Source: a virus
Lineage: Duplodnaviria > Heunggongvirae > Uroviricota > Caudoviricetes
IMG/VR virus record: IMGVR_UViG_2531839665_000009
Reading direction: 5' to 3' (one strand)
DNA: 7,366 nt
Of this stretch, positions 1-6,750 are shown in pieces; position 1 is the first letter of the stretch, and each line of letters begins with the position of its first letter. A program made the translations under genes and the position numbers. The notes under the pieces were generated by a model, which did no database searches, was not told where the DNA came from, and saw nothing but the letters and a program-made list of their open reading frames with translations.

Positions 1-90
1 TGCCGGACCAGCATCACCTGCCGGTCCCCGTTCGCCGGTTGCCCCGACAGGGCCGGTGTCACCGCGCTCTCCCTTATCACCCTTCGGCCC
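1..90 (-). pseudogene. stf: Continuation of the side tail fiber (stf) collagen-like region in a frame shifted by 1 nt relative to the upstream stf ORF; partial, runs off the window start
   Basis: Minus-strand codons starting at nt 90 translate to [30 protein letters not shown], an uninterrupted Gly-X-Y repeat with no stop through nt 1. The upstream stf ORF ends in the same repeat type ([19 protein letters not shown]) and then hits TGA-TAA at 79-74. Whether this is a true pseudogene, a sequencing error or a slippage site cannot be decided from sequence alone. Confidence 0.55.
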
Positions 91-886
91 CTGAGGACCC
101 GCGGGCCCCTGTTCCCCCCTTTGGCCCGGGAGGTCCCACCACGGTGGGGATTCGGTTTACGGCCTCTTCCGCCGCTATCCTGCTTTGTTCCGCTGACTGT
201 GCGCTTTCTGCTGACTCCCGGGCTTTTTCTGTTGCGGTCGTTGCATCCCTGGCTGCATTACCGGCTGCACTTTCTGCCGTCTTTCTTGACAATTCAGCTT
301 CTGCTGCACTTTGTGATGACTCACTGGCTTTTTGAGCGGCCGCAGAAGCCGAGGACGAGGACGCATCCTCTGACTGCTTTGCTGAGGCTGCACTTTCTGC
401 CGCCTGCCGGGCTGACTCCGATGCCTCCCCTGCTGAAGTGTCAGCATTTGCAGCGCTCTCTTCTGCCTGACTGGCTGATATGCCGGCATTCCTCGCTGAC
501 GTCTCCGCCTCTCCGGCATTCTTCTTCGCCTCCTCAGCGTGACGCGCCACCTCTTCCACCATCAGTTCAAAACGGCGCAGTGCCTCCGGCCGGACGTCAT
601 CCTCCGACATGGCACCGAGAAAATCATTCAGCGTCCCCGGTTGAGAATCTTCATACACGGTGATGGTCCCGGCATGTGACGGCGGGAATCCTTCCACCAA
701 CAGAATGACGCTGTACTGACCGTACTCAACGTCCATGCTGTAACGACCGGCTTCATCCGGATTTTCAGAGGCCACCGTGTTCACCACCACCGTGCTGCTG
801 GTCCGTCTGGCTTTCAGTTGAATGGTACAGTTCTCTACCGGTTTTCCTGTGCCGTCTTTCAGTACACCTGAAATCTTTACTGCCAT
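77..886 (-). CDS. stf: Side tail fiber protein Stf, N-terminal portion (269 aa from the ATG at 886..884; the ORF track extends to a GTG at 892)
   Basis: N-terminus [17 protein letters not shown]...[15 protein letters not shown]...[24 protein letters not shown] matches lambda Stf as I recall it almost residue for residue. It is followed by an Ala/Ser/Glu-rich low-complexity segment and a collagen-like Gly-X-Y tail. A GGGGTG Shine-Dalgarno-like motif lies upstream of the ATG. Terminates at TGA 79..77. Confidence 0.85.
   Translation of the reverse strand: MAVKISGVLKDGTGKPVENCTIQLKARRTSSTVVVNTVASENPDEAGRYSMDVEYGQYSVILLVEGFPPSHAGTITVYEDSQPGTLNDFLGAMSEDDVRPEALRRFELMVEEVARHAEEAKKNAGEAETSARNAGISASQAEESAANADTSAGEASESARQAAESAASAKQSEDASSSSASAAAQKASESSQSAAEAELSRKTAESAAGNAARDATTATEKARESAESAQSAEQSRIAAEEAVNRIPTVVGPPGPKGGTGARGSSGAEG
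130..520 (-). repeat. Low-complexity Ala/Ser/Glu/Gln-rich coding region inside stf (approximate bounds)
   Basis: Translation is dominated by short reiterated motifs ([27 protein letters not shown]), typical of the fibrous shaft of side tail fibers. Bounds were judged by eye. Confidence 0.5.
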
Positions 887-895
887 ATTCACCCC

Positions 896-924
896 ACAAA
901 AAAGCCCGCCTGAACCGGCGGGCT
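896..924 (-). terminator. Rho-independent terminator downstream of lom (minus strand)
   Basis: 8-bp GC-rich stem (plus 903-910 agcccgcc pairs with 917-924 ggcgggct, loop tgaacc) followed on the minus strand by a T-run (plus A-run 898-903). Lies between the lom stop (951) and the stf start (886). Confidence 0.7.
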
Positions 925-950
925 GTCATAACACTGTGTTACCTGGCTAA

Positions 951-1574
951 TCAGAATTTATAGCCGATACCCACGATGAAGCCGTCAGTGCGCCAGTCGC
1001 CACTGGCGGAACCTTCATAAGCAAGGTCAATAACCACCGTCTCTACGGGACTGAACTGAATCCCGGCATTCCAGGCCGGCGACAGATGACGCGCAGTATG
1101 GCCATCACTGGCGGTGGTGGTCTCCTTCACATACCCCGGTTTCACTTCATCACGCCGGTAATCCTGAACACTGTCAGACCAGCGGGTGTACGCCATCCCG
1201 GCCATGCCATAGAGACTGACCCGCTCACTGAGCTGCCAGACAGGGCCGGCCATCAGACTGACATAACGACCGCGCAGGCTTTCATAATGGAAGGTATTTT
1301 CACCCGTCTTCATCGTGTCACTTTTCTTCACCGATGCATAACTCAGCGCGACAATGCCGCCCAGGTGATCCGTGAACTCATAACGGTATTTCACATTAAT
1401 CCCTTTTAAATCACCTGCACGCGCACCGGTACCGGACAATGCCGGTACGCCGCCCGGGTGAACCTGAGCATATCCCACGGAAAATGCACCGTGTCCGCTT
1501 TCAGCCTGTGCAGGAAAGGCAATTCCTGCCAGCAGGGTAGTAAACAATAATATCGTTGCGTATAAATGCCGCAT
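951..1574 (-). CDS. lom: Lom outer-membrane protein (Ail/Lom/OmpX beta-barrel family), 207 aa
   Basis: Translation from the ATG at 1574..1572 (MRHLYATILLFTTLLAGIAFPAQAESGHG...KGINVKYRYE...GDWRTDGFIVGIGYKF) closely matches lambda Lom as I recall it, including the signal peptide and the C-terminal aromatic barrel-closing residue. GAGG Shine-Dalgarno 5 nt upstream of the ATG. The ORF track started at an upstream TTG (1598); I prefer the ATG. Confidence 0.9.
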   Translation of the reverse strand: MRHLYATILLFTTLLAGIAFPAQAESGHGAFSVGYAQVHPGGVPALSGTGARAGDLKGINVKYRYEFTDHLGGIVALSYASVKKSDTMKTGENTFHYESLRGRYVSLMAGPVWQLSERVSLYGMAGMAYTRWSDSVQDYRRDEVKPGYVKETTTASDGHTARHLSPAWNAGIQFSPVETVVIDLAYEGSASGDWRTDGFIVGIGYKF

Positions 1575-1579
1575 GATTA

Positions 1580-1586
1580 CCTCTTT
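1580..1586 (-). promoter_or_regulatory. Ribosome-binding site for lom (AAAGAGG)
   Basis: Minus-strand sequence aaagaggtaatcATG; GAGG core with a 5-nt spacer to the start codon. Confidence 0.6.
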
Positions 1587-1596
1587 GTTTTCAGTC

Positions 1597-1622
1597 AATA
1601 AAAAGGCACCTCCTGAGGTGCC
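1597..1622 (-). terminator. Rho-independent terminator downstream of J (tJ-like, minus strand)
   Basis: Palindrome ggcacctc..gaggtgcc (plus 1605-1622) followed on the minus strand by TTTTTATT (plus A-run 1597-1604). Lies between the J stop (1642) and the lom start (1574). Confidence 0.75.
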
Positions 1623-1641
1623 CGTCCGGGTTAATAAACCG

Positions 1642-4600
1642 TCAGCTGATACTGATCCCTGCCGTGGATTTTTTCATGACCACAACCAGTAAATCACTGA
1701 TGTACGTTGTCGGCGTCCAGTTGTTCGCACCGGCCGACGACACATTAAACGTCAGGGTGACATGACCCCGCCCTGCCGGCATATCTATCACCGATGAGAA
1801 CACCCGGCTGACATCCGTTGCCGGTTCATGGAAAATCTCAACCCCGTTCTTCAGCACCTGCAGCTTACAGGTGGAATACCAGTACGACTGCTGATTCGGG
1901 CTGTTGAAATTCTGGTGTTTCGTCCCGCGAAACAGCACCGGGGGAATGATGATCTGCCGGTCGAAGCCCTGGTCATCGTAAACTGTGACGGTTACCGTCC
2001 CGCTGGCATAACTGTTATTCCGGGGAAAGGCTTTCCCCACCGTCTTCACCAGGTCGCCTTCAATCTGGTTTGCAGACAGTTTCCCTCTGATGACACAGTT
2101 CTCGTTAATGGTGACATTATTGAGCGTGCCGGTATTCGCGGTAATTGCTCCGCTGATATCCGCGTTCCTGGCTGTCAGCTTCCCTTCCGGCGTCAGGGAA
2201 AACGTCGGGGGGTTGCCGGATGACGTGATACTCGCCGCAAACAGACGCTTCAGGAACACGTCGTTCATGAACAGCTGATTCCCCTGCGCCACAAATAACG
2301 GAGTGCTGTTGCCGCTCTCCGGATTTATCATCGCGATACGGTCAGCCAGCAGCAGTATGTTGCTCAGTGGCTGGCCATCAGTATCCTCAATCCCCGCTCC
2401 AATACCGGCCACATAGGGAATGCCGTCTTTCGTTTTTTGAACCTTCAGCATGTACAGCGCAGCCAGGTCATCATTTGTGTCCTTCTGCACGCGCTGTATC
2501 TGCTGAATGGTGGCGCTCTGGTCTTCCAGCGTTTTACTGACCGTCTGTGTGATTTCATTGCGGGTTTCGGTGATGGTGGTCTTCATCTCCGCCATCTCAT
2601 CCGCAAGCTGGCTGTTGTCTATCAGCTCCCATAGCCCCTGAGCCAGATGCAGTTTTCCTATTTTTTCCCGAAACAGCCCCAGATACCCTTCTGCATCATT
2701 GCTGGCCCGGCCACTGGCTTCCACAAAAGCAGATTTCCCCACCAGGTTGACGCTGCGCACGTAAAACCAGAAATCCTTCCCGGGCTTAATGTGCGGGCCG
2801 GATACACTCCACTGACTGCCGGTCCCCAGATAACGGGCAGAGGTTTCCACCTGAGATGTGTCTGCGATTTTTGTCTCCGAAAACCAGAACTCAAACTGTA
2901 CCGTCGGGTCATACACCGCAAGACGCGGGACCGCTGTTATCTGAAAATAGCCCGGTGTCAGCTCAATCGTGGCGGGTACCGCAGGTGCATTAATCCTGAA
3001 CGTGGTGGTGGCCGGTTCCCCCTGCTGGCCATAACTGTTAATCGCCCTGACCGTCAGGGTGTATTCCCCCGGCGGCAGACCGCTGAAACGGTGCTCTGTA
3101 TCCGCGGTGATGGCGGTGGTCACCAGACGGCTGTCCTCACCGCTTCCACTGGTCAGGCGCAGACTGAAGCGCACGCCCTTCACCACCCGCGGCGTGTCCC
3201 ATTTCGCCTGCGCCAGATACTGACCGTCAGCTGCGCTCACCTCCACCGTCAGGTGCTGCACTGCCGGAGGGATGACGCTGTTCAGGGTGCCTGACTGCGG
3301 CTCAAAGCTGGCCCCGTTATCCACGATGGCTTCCTTTTCCGGTACGTGCTGCACCGCCGTGATGGCAAAGGTGCCGTCCGTGTTTTCCCGGATGGAGACA
3401 CAGCGGAACAGGCGACGACGCAGTGACGGCAGGGAGAGTCCCCATACACCGTATGTCTCCACACCATCAGGCAGGGTGCTGACCTGTATCCGGTCCGGCG
3501 CGGGGTGTGCAGTGATGGCCACGCTCACCGGCTTACCGCTGCCGTTAATCAGGTTCACCGTGGCGGCACCTGTCTCCGGCAGGGTCACCTCACGGTCCAG
3601 TGTCAGGGTGCGGCTGGCGGCATCGATGGACAGGATACGTCCGCCGGTCATGGTCCCGGCATAGTCGTTATCACAGATTTCAATAATGTCACCGGGTGTG
3701 TGACGCAGCCCCTGTGACCCGAGCGTGAAATCCACCGTCTGCGTTTCCAGCAGTCCGGTCTTTATCACCCACAGCCCGGCACGGTGGGCCTGACCGCGAC
3801 TGGTGCAACCGAACGCATCCATCTTCAGCAGGTTGCGCCCGTAGCGCAGTATGGCTTCCGGGTCTTCCACCAGTTCCGTGGAGGTCTGCCAGCCGTTCTG
3901 CGGGTCGGTGTAATTCACCTCCACCGCCGTGTGGCGGTCCTTCAGGGCGCTGAAGCTGTAGCGAAACCCCACGCCGTTATCATCCACCACCACATCGCAG
4001 TTGGTGTACGGCCACACCACATCCGACGGGCGGTCCTGAACGAACGTCAGCGTCTGGCCGTTCCATACCGGCATACAGCGCATCGCCGAGCAGAAATCAC
4101 TGAGAACGTCCCACGCCTTACGCTGTTGTGACAGGTACGCATTAAAGGTCATCCGCGGCTCTGTGCCCCCGAAACCATCCGGGACCGTCTGGTCGCAGTA
4201 CTGCGCAATGGCATACAGCGCCCATTTGTCCACGTCTGCCGCCCCCAGACGTTTTCCCATGCCGTAGCGCGGGTGAGTCAGCATGTCCCACAGGCACCAG
4301 GCCGGGTTGTTGCTGTATGCCGGTTTCAGGCTGCCGTCCCAGATGCCGCTGTACGTGCGTTTTTCCGGGTCATAGTTTGACGGCACCTGGATGATGCGAC
4401 CGCGGATATGGTAGTTCACCGTCATCTGCTGACCGCCAAACTGCTCCGCATCCACCTGCAGCCCCACAATCGCCGTGTTCGGGTAGCACTGTTTCACATC
4501 GATGATTTCGGTGTATGACGACCAGAGCGTCTTATTCTGCAGCTGGTCCGAGGTGCTGTCCGCTGTCTCCCGGACCATCCGGATGTTAAAAGGACGGGGA

Positions 4601-5118
4601 GGCAGATTACCCAGAATCACCGACGCCAGAAACTGCGAGGTGGTCTTGCCGTTAATGGTGACATCCTTTTCCGTCACCCAGTTACCGTTACGCTGTAACT
4701 GAATCAGCAGGCGGACGGATGTCGGGTTTCGGTCACCCTTTGACGTGGTCTGCACCAGTGACTGCACCCCGAAGGTGACCCGCAGGCGGTCAATGTTCGC
4801 GGATGTAATGGTGCGCGTCACCGGCTTTGCCTTCGTCACTTCCACGCCCAGTGCGGTTTCCGCCCCGGATGACTCAAAACCTTCCGGCGGTGTCTGCTCC
4901 TGCTCCCCGGCGCGCCAGACCGCTGTCACACCATGTATCACAGGATTACCGTCCGTGTCCGTCAGCGGGGTTTTGTTCACCAGAATACTCTGCAGCCCCT
5001 TCACCGGACCTTCCACCGGTCCCTCACCGATGGCATCAATCACGCTCATCATCTGCGTGGACTTAAGATTGTCCTTTGCCTCAACCGGCGTGTGCGCCCT
5101 GCCGCCACCTTTACCCAC
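1642..5118 (-). CDS. J: Tail tip / host specificity protein J (central tail fiber), 1158 aa, GTG start
   Basis: N-terminus [39 protein letters not shown] and long stretches throughout ([39 protein letters not shown]; [24 protein letters not shown]; [24 protein letters not shown]; VIDMPAGRG) match lambda gpJ (1132 aa) as I recall it. Single uninterrupted ORF. AGGAGAGGGGGA Shine-Dalgarno region upstream of the GTG. Confidence 0.95.
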   Translation of the reverse strand: MGKGGGRAHTPVEAKDNLKSTQMMSVIDAIGEGPVEGPVKGLQSILVNKTPLTDTDGNPVIHGVTAVWRAGEQEQTPPEGFESSGAETALGVEVTKAKPVTRTITSANIDRLRVTFGVQSLVQTTSKGDRNPTSVRLLIQLQRNGNWVTEKDVTINGKTTSQFLASVILGNLPPRPFNIRMVRETADSTSDQLQNKTLWSSYTEIIDVKQCYPNTAIVGLQVDAEQFGGQQMTVNYHIRGRIIQVPSNYDPEKRTYSGIWDGSLKPAYSNNPAWCLWDMLTHPRYGMGKRLGAADVDKWALYAIAQYCDQTVPDGFGGTEPRMTFNAYLSQQRKAWDVLSDFCSAMRCMPVWNGQTLTFVQDRPSDVVWPYTNCDVVVDDNGVGFRYSFSALKDRHTAVEVNYTDPQNGWQTSTELVEDPEAILRYGRNLLKMDAFGCTSRGQAHRAGLWVIKTGLLETQTVDFTLGSQGLRHTPGDIIEICDNDYAGTMTGGRILSIDAASRTLTLDREVTLPETGAATVNLINGSGKPVSVAITAHPAPDRIQVSTLPDGVETYGVWGLSLPSLRRRLFRCVSIRENTDGTFAITAVQHVPEKEAIVDNGASFEPQSGTLNSVIPPAVQHLTVEVSAADGQYLAQAKWDTPRVVKGVRFSLRLTSGSGEDSRLVTTAITADTEHRFSGLPPGEYTLTVRAINSYGQQGEPATTTFRINAPAVPATIELTPGYFQITAVPRLAVYDPTVQFEFWFSETKIADTSQVETSARYLGTGSQWSVSGPHIKPGKDFWFYVRSVNLVGKSAFVEASGRASNDAEGYLGLFREKIGKLHLAQGLWELIDNSQLADEMAEMKTTITETRNEITQTVSKTLEDQSATIQQIQRVQKDTNDDLAALYMLKVQKTKDGIPYVAGIGAGIEDTDGQPLSNILLLADRIAMINPESGNSTPLFVAQGNQLFMNDVFLKRLFAASITSSGNPPTFSLTPEGKLTARNADISGAITANTGTLNNVTINENCVIRGKLSANQIEGDLVKTVGKAFPRNNSYASGTVTVTVYDDQGFDRQIIIPPVLFRGTKHQNFNSPNQQSYWYSTCKLQVLKNGVEIFHEPATDVSRVFSSVIDMPAGRGHVTLTFNVSSAGANNWTPTTYISDLLVVVMKKSTAGISIS

Positions 5119-5122
5119 TCTG

Positions 5123-5134
5123 TCCCCCTCTCCT
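5123..5134 (-). promoter_or_regulatory. Ribosome-binding site for J (AGGAGAGGGGGA)
   Basis: Purine-rich Shine-Dalgarno-like tract on the minus strand immediately upstream of the J GTG start at 5118..5116. Confidence 0.55.
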
Positions 5135-5162
5135 GTCTGATGTCTGAATCTGTTTATGCCCC

Positions 5163-5190
5163 AAAAACGACAGGCACCCCGGAGGGTGCC
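5163..5190 (-). terminator. Hairpin with downstream T-run on the minus strand (weak terminator-like element) in the I-J spacer
   Basis: 7-bp GC stem ggcaccc / gggtgcc (plus 5173-5179 and 5184-5190, loop cgga). On the minus strand it is followed after a 5-nt spacer by TTTTT (plus A-run 5163-5167). The spacer is longer than in canonical intrinsic terminators. Confidence 0.3.
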
Positions 5191-5327
5191 CGTGTCATGA
5201 CGGAATAAAATTTCTGAATTTCTTCACATTTTCTGTACGCCCCCGTGGCAGATATCATTCCCGGGCGTTACAGTTTTTTCGGGCCAATAAAAACAAAACT
5301 CCCTGTGGTTAATCTTCATTTTCTGTT

Positions 5328-5358
5328 CCCGCAGCCTTCGGTCACTGCGGGATTTTTT
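5328..5358 (+). terminator. Plus-strand intrinsic-terminator-like hairpin immediately 3' of the I stop codon (antisense to the late operon)
   Basis: 7-bp stem cccgcag / ctgcggg (5328-5334 and 5345-5351) with an inner C(UUCG)G-type tetraloop motif (ccttcggtca), followed on the plus strand by A-TTTTTT (5353-5358). No T-run follows it on the minus strand, so it is oriented for plus-strand transcripts only. Confidence 0.45.
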
Positions 5359-5363
5359 CGCTT

Positions 5364-6044
5364 TTATGCCTGCCGCCCGATAACCACGACCTTTCCGCCA
5401 CCGCCTTCATCACGGGTACTGATGTCCTGGGAGATTCGCCGGGAGCCAACCAGCATTTCACCGTAAGGCACCGGCATCGGGTTCCCCTGGGCAATCATGT
5501 TATCCAGCGAGGAAAAGTACGTGTTCTGTCTGCCGTTATCCGTGCTTTTGTACTCCGGTACTTTAGCCTTCGGGGCCAGCATCTGGGCCACACCGCCCAG
5601 AATCATGCTGGCCCCCAGTGAAAACAGCATCGTGGTGGCAGAAAAACCACCGGCTGCCAGGGCTGAACCCCATAACGCCATTGATGCCCCGGCAGTGAAG
5701 AAAGAGCCCACGATGGCTGCCGCCCCCAGCACAATCTGCAGTCCACCCTTTCCGGCCCCGGCCAGTCGCGGCACAATGTGGATGACCGTTCCCTCACCCA
5801 GCTGTTCGTGAAGACGGGCGTACACCGCCTCCGGTGCCGTGTCCTCACCGCGAATACGTATCTGGTACCAGCCTTCGTTCATCTGACGGCGGAATCCCGG
5901 CATCTGCATCGACAGGGCACGGATGGCTTCCGCTGCCGTGTTCACATACAGGCTGAGGCGGCGGCCAAATCGTTGTAAATCCCCGTGAAGGCAGATACGT
6001 GCCAGTGGCGGTGACGCCAGGCTGAATGCGTTCGTCGTTGCCAT
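5364..6044 (-). CDS. I: Tail tip assembly protein I, 226 aa
   Basis: Translation (LASPPLARICLHGDLQRFGRR...VIHIVPRLAGA...LGAAAIVGSFFTAG...FSLGASMILGGVAQMLAPKA...DNGRQNTYFSSLDNMIAQGN...YGEM.VGSR.ISQ.IST.DEG) matches lambda gpI (223 aa) as I recall it. Start overlaps the K 3' end by 103 nt, the same overlap I recall for lambda K/I. Confidence 0.9.
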   Translation of the reverse strand: MATTNAFSLASPPLARICLHGDLQRFGRRLSLYVNTAAEAIRALSMQMPGFRRQMNEGWYQIRIRGEDTAPEAVYARLHEQLGEGTVIHIVPRLAGAGKGGLQIVLGAAAIVGSFFTAGASMALWGSALAAGGFSATTMLFSLGASMILGGVAQMLAPKAKVPEYKSTDNGRQNTYFSSLDNMIAQGNPMPVPYGEMLVGSRRISQDISTRDEGGGGKVVVIGRQA

Positions 6045-6685
6045 TTTTCGGAATACCTCTCCCGTTTACTCAGTTGTTCAGGCAGATGGTGAAGCAGTTC
6101 ACCGTTGCCGCAGTATATGGCGGCATGATTGGCCACCGATGCGCCAAAGCAGCACAGCAGGATATCGCCCGCCTGTGCAGAGGACAGGGGCACCCGGTAA
6201 AAGCCAGTCGCCTCCATATTGTCCAGGTACAGGTTCTGACCGTTGCGCCACCAGTCATCCTCACGCTCAAAATCCGGCATATCAATTCCCGCCAGATGGT
6301 AGGCATCCCGGAACAGCGTGTAACAGTCCGTCACCCCGTGCTCAAAGCGCCGTCCTGTCAGATGTGGCACACAGCGGAATTTATGAATTTCCCCCCGGCA
6401 GACCAGCCACCAGGACAGTGCACTTTTTATCTGCAGCCGCCGGTCGGCCTCGCTCAGCCAGGGCAGACCACCGGGATGACTGTGGACCAGTGCCACAATC
6501 TCCCCCTGCATCTCTGCCCGCAGCCAGTCTTCCGGTGCAATACGAAAATACGCCTCCGGCTCTGCAGAGATATTCACACAAGGGATATACCGCTCCCCCT
6601 CCGGCGTTCTCACCACGAAGCCGCACGACTCCGCAGGCACACACCGCCGGGCATGCACCAGAATCGCTGATTCAGTCTGTGTCAT
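5942..6685 (-). CDS. K: Tail tip assembly protein K, 247 aa (JAB/MPN N-terminal motif plus NlpC/P60-like C-terminal region)
   Basis: JAMM-type motif HSHPGGLPWLSEAD (H-x-H-x7-S-x2-D) in the N-terminal half and a downstream Cys/His pair (DCYTLFRDAY ... ANHAAIY) consistent with an NlpC/P60 fold. Position between L and I and the overlap with I match lambda K. The ATG at 6685 lies 23 nt downstream of the alternative-frame L stop; no strong Shine-Dalgarno is visible, so translational coupling is possible. Confidence 0.85.
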   Translation of the reverse strand: MTQTESAILVHARRCVPAESCGFVVRTPEGERYIPCVNISAEPEAYFRIAPEDWLRAEMQGEIVALVHSHPGGLPWLSEADRRLQIKSALSWWLVCRGEIHKFRCVPHLTGRRFEHGVTDCYTLFRDAYHLAGIDMPDFEREDDWWRNGQNLYLDNMEATGFYRVPLSSAQAGDILLCCFGASVANHAAIYCGNGELLHHLPEQLSKRERYSEKWQRRTHSAWRHRHWHVSAFTGIYNDLAAASACM

Positions 6686-6708
6686 AAACAGGATTTACTG
6701 TCGAAAGT

Positions 6709-6750
6709 TTATTGAATGGAAAGGAAACCGCCAAAATTAGCCACCACTGC
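6709..6750 (-). pseudogene. L: Out-of-frame remnant of the L C-terminus (AVVANFGGFLSIQ*)
   Basis: The frame shifted by 1 nt from the main L ORF ends ...AVVANFGGFLSIQ-TAA at 6709, which matches the lambda gpL C-terminal tail (...NVGNFGGFLSINKLSQ) as I recall it. The main L frame instead ends ...CSKCMRGCEMRGSGG at TAA 6739..6737. Confidence 0.5.

Noticed and set aside
39-663. Plus-strand ORFs 39..335 and 121..663, and minus-strand ORF 175..519 (Arg/Gln-rich)
   Set aside because: They lie antisense to, or in alternative frames of, the stf coding region. Their translations are low-complexity (Pro/Leu/Arg-rich) with no recognisable motifs, as expected for shadows of a GC-rich repetitive gene.
1086-1409. 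Plus-strand ORF antisense to lom (107 aa)
   Set aside because: Fully contained within the well-supported lom CDS on the opposite strand; no RBS and no recognisable protein features.
1575-1600. TTGACT hexamer (a near-consensus -35) on the minus strand just upstream of lom
   Set aside because: No acceptable -10 element at 16-19 bp spacing; the only downstream candidate hexamers fall inside or adjacent to the start codon. Probably coincidental and part of the terminator T-run/RBS region.
1828-5208. Multiple plus-strand ORFs (1828..2223, 2090..2278, 2437..2634, 2647..3294, 3272..3664, 3505..3717, 3784..4131, 4502..4702, 4745..5140, 4827..5066, 4933..5208) and minus-strand alternative-frame ORFs (2658..2921, 3282..3467)
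   Set aside because: All are embedded in the 3.5-kb J gene, whose single long frame has strong lambda gpJ similarity. These are chance open frames in high-GC DNA with Arg/Pro/Gly-rich junk translations.
5154-5258. 34-aa minus-strand ORF ([34 protein letters not shown]) inside the I-J spacer
   Set aside because: No convincing RBS; it overlaps the hairpin at 5173-5190 and has no recognisable features. It cannot be supported from sequence alone, though it could be re-examined if ribosome profiling were available.
5245-5466. Plus-strand ORF (73 aa, GTG start) spanning the I-J spacer into antisense of I
   Set aside because: It runs straight through the plus-strand terminator hairpin and into the antisense of I. 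It has no Shine-Dalgarno and a Pro/Phe-rich low-complexity translation.
5497-6687. Plus-strand ORFs 5497..5811, 5778..5978, 6026..6670, 6139..6687 and minus-strand alternative-frame ORFs 5603..5848, 6070..6306, 6381..6644
   Set aside because: Antisense or alternative-frame overlaps of the well-supported I and K genes; translations are Pro/Arg/Ala-rich with no motifs.
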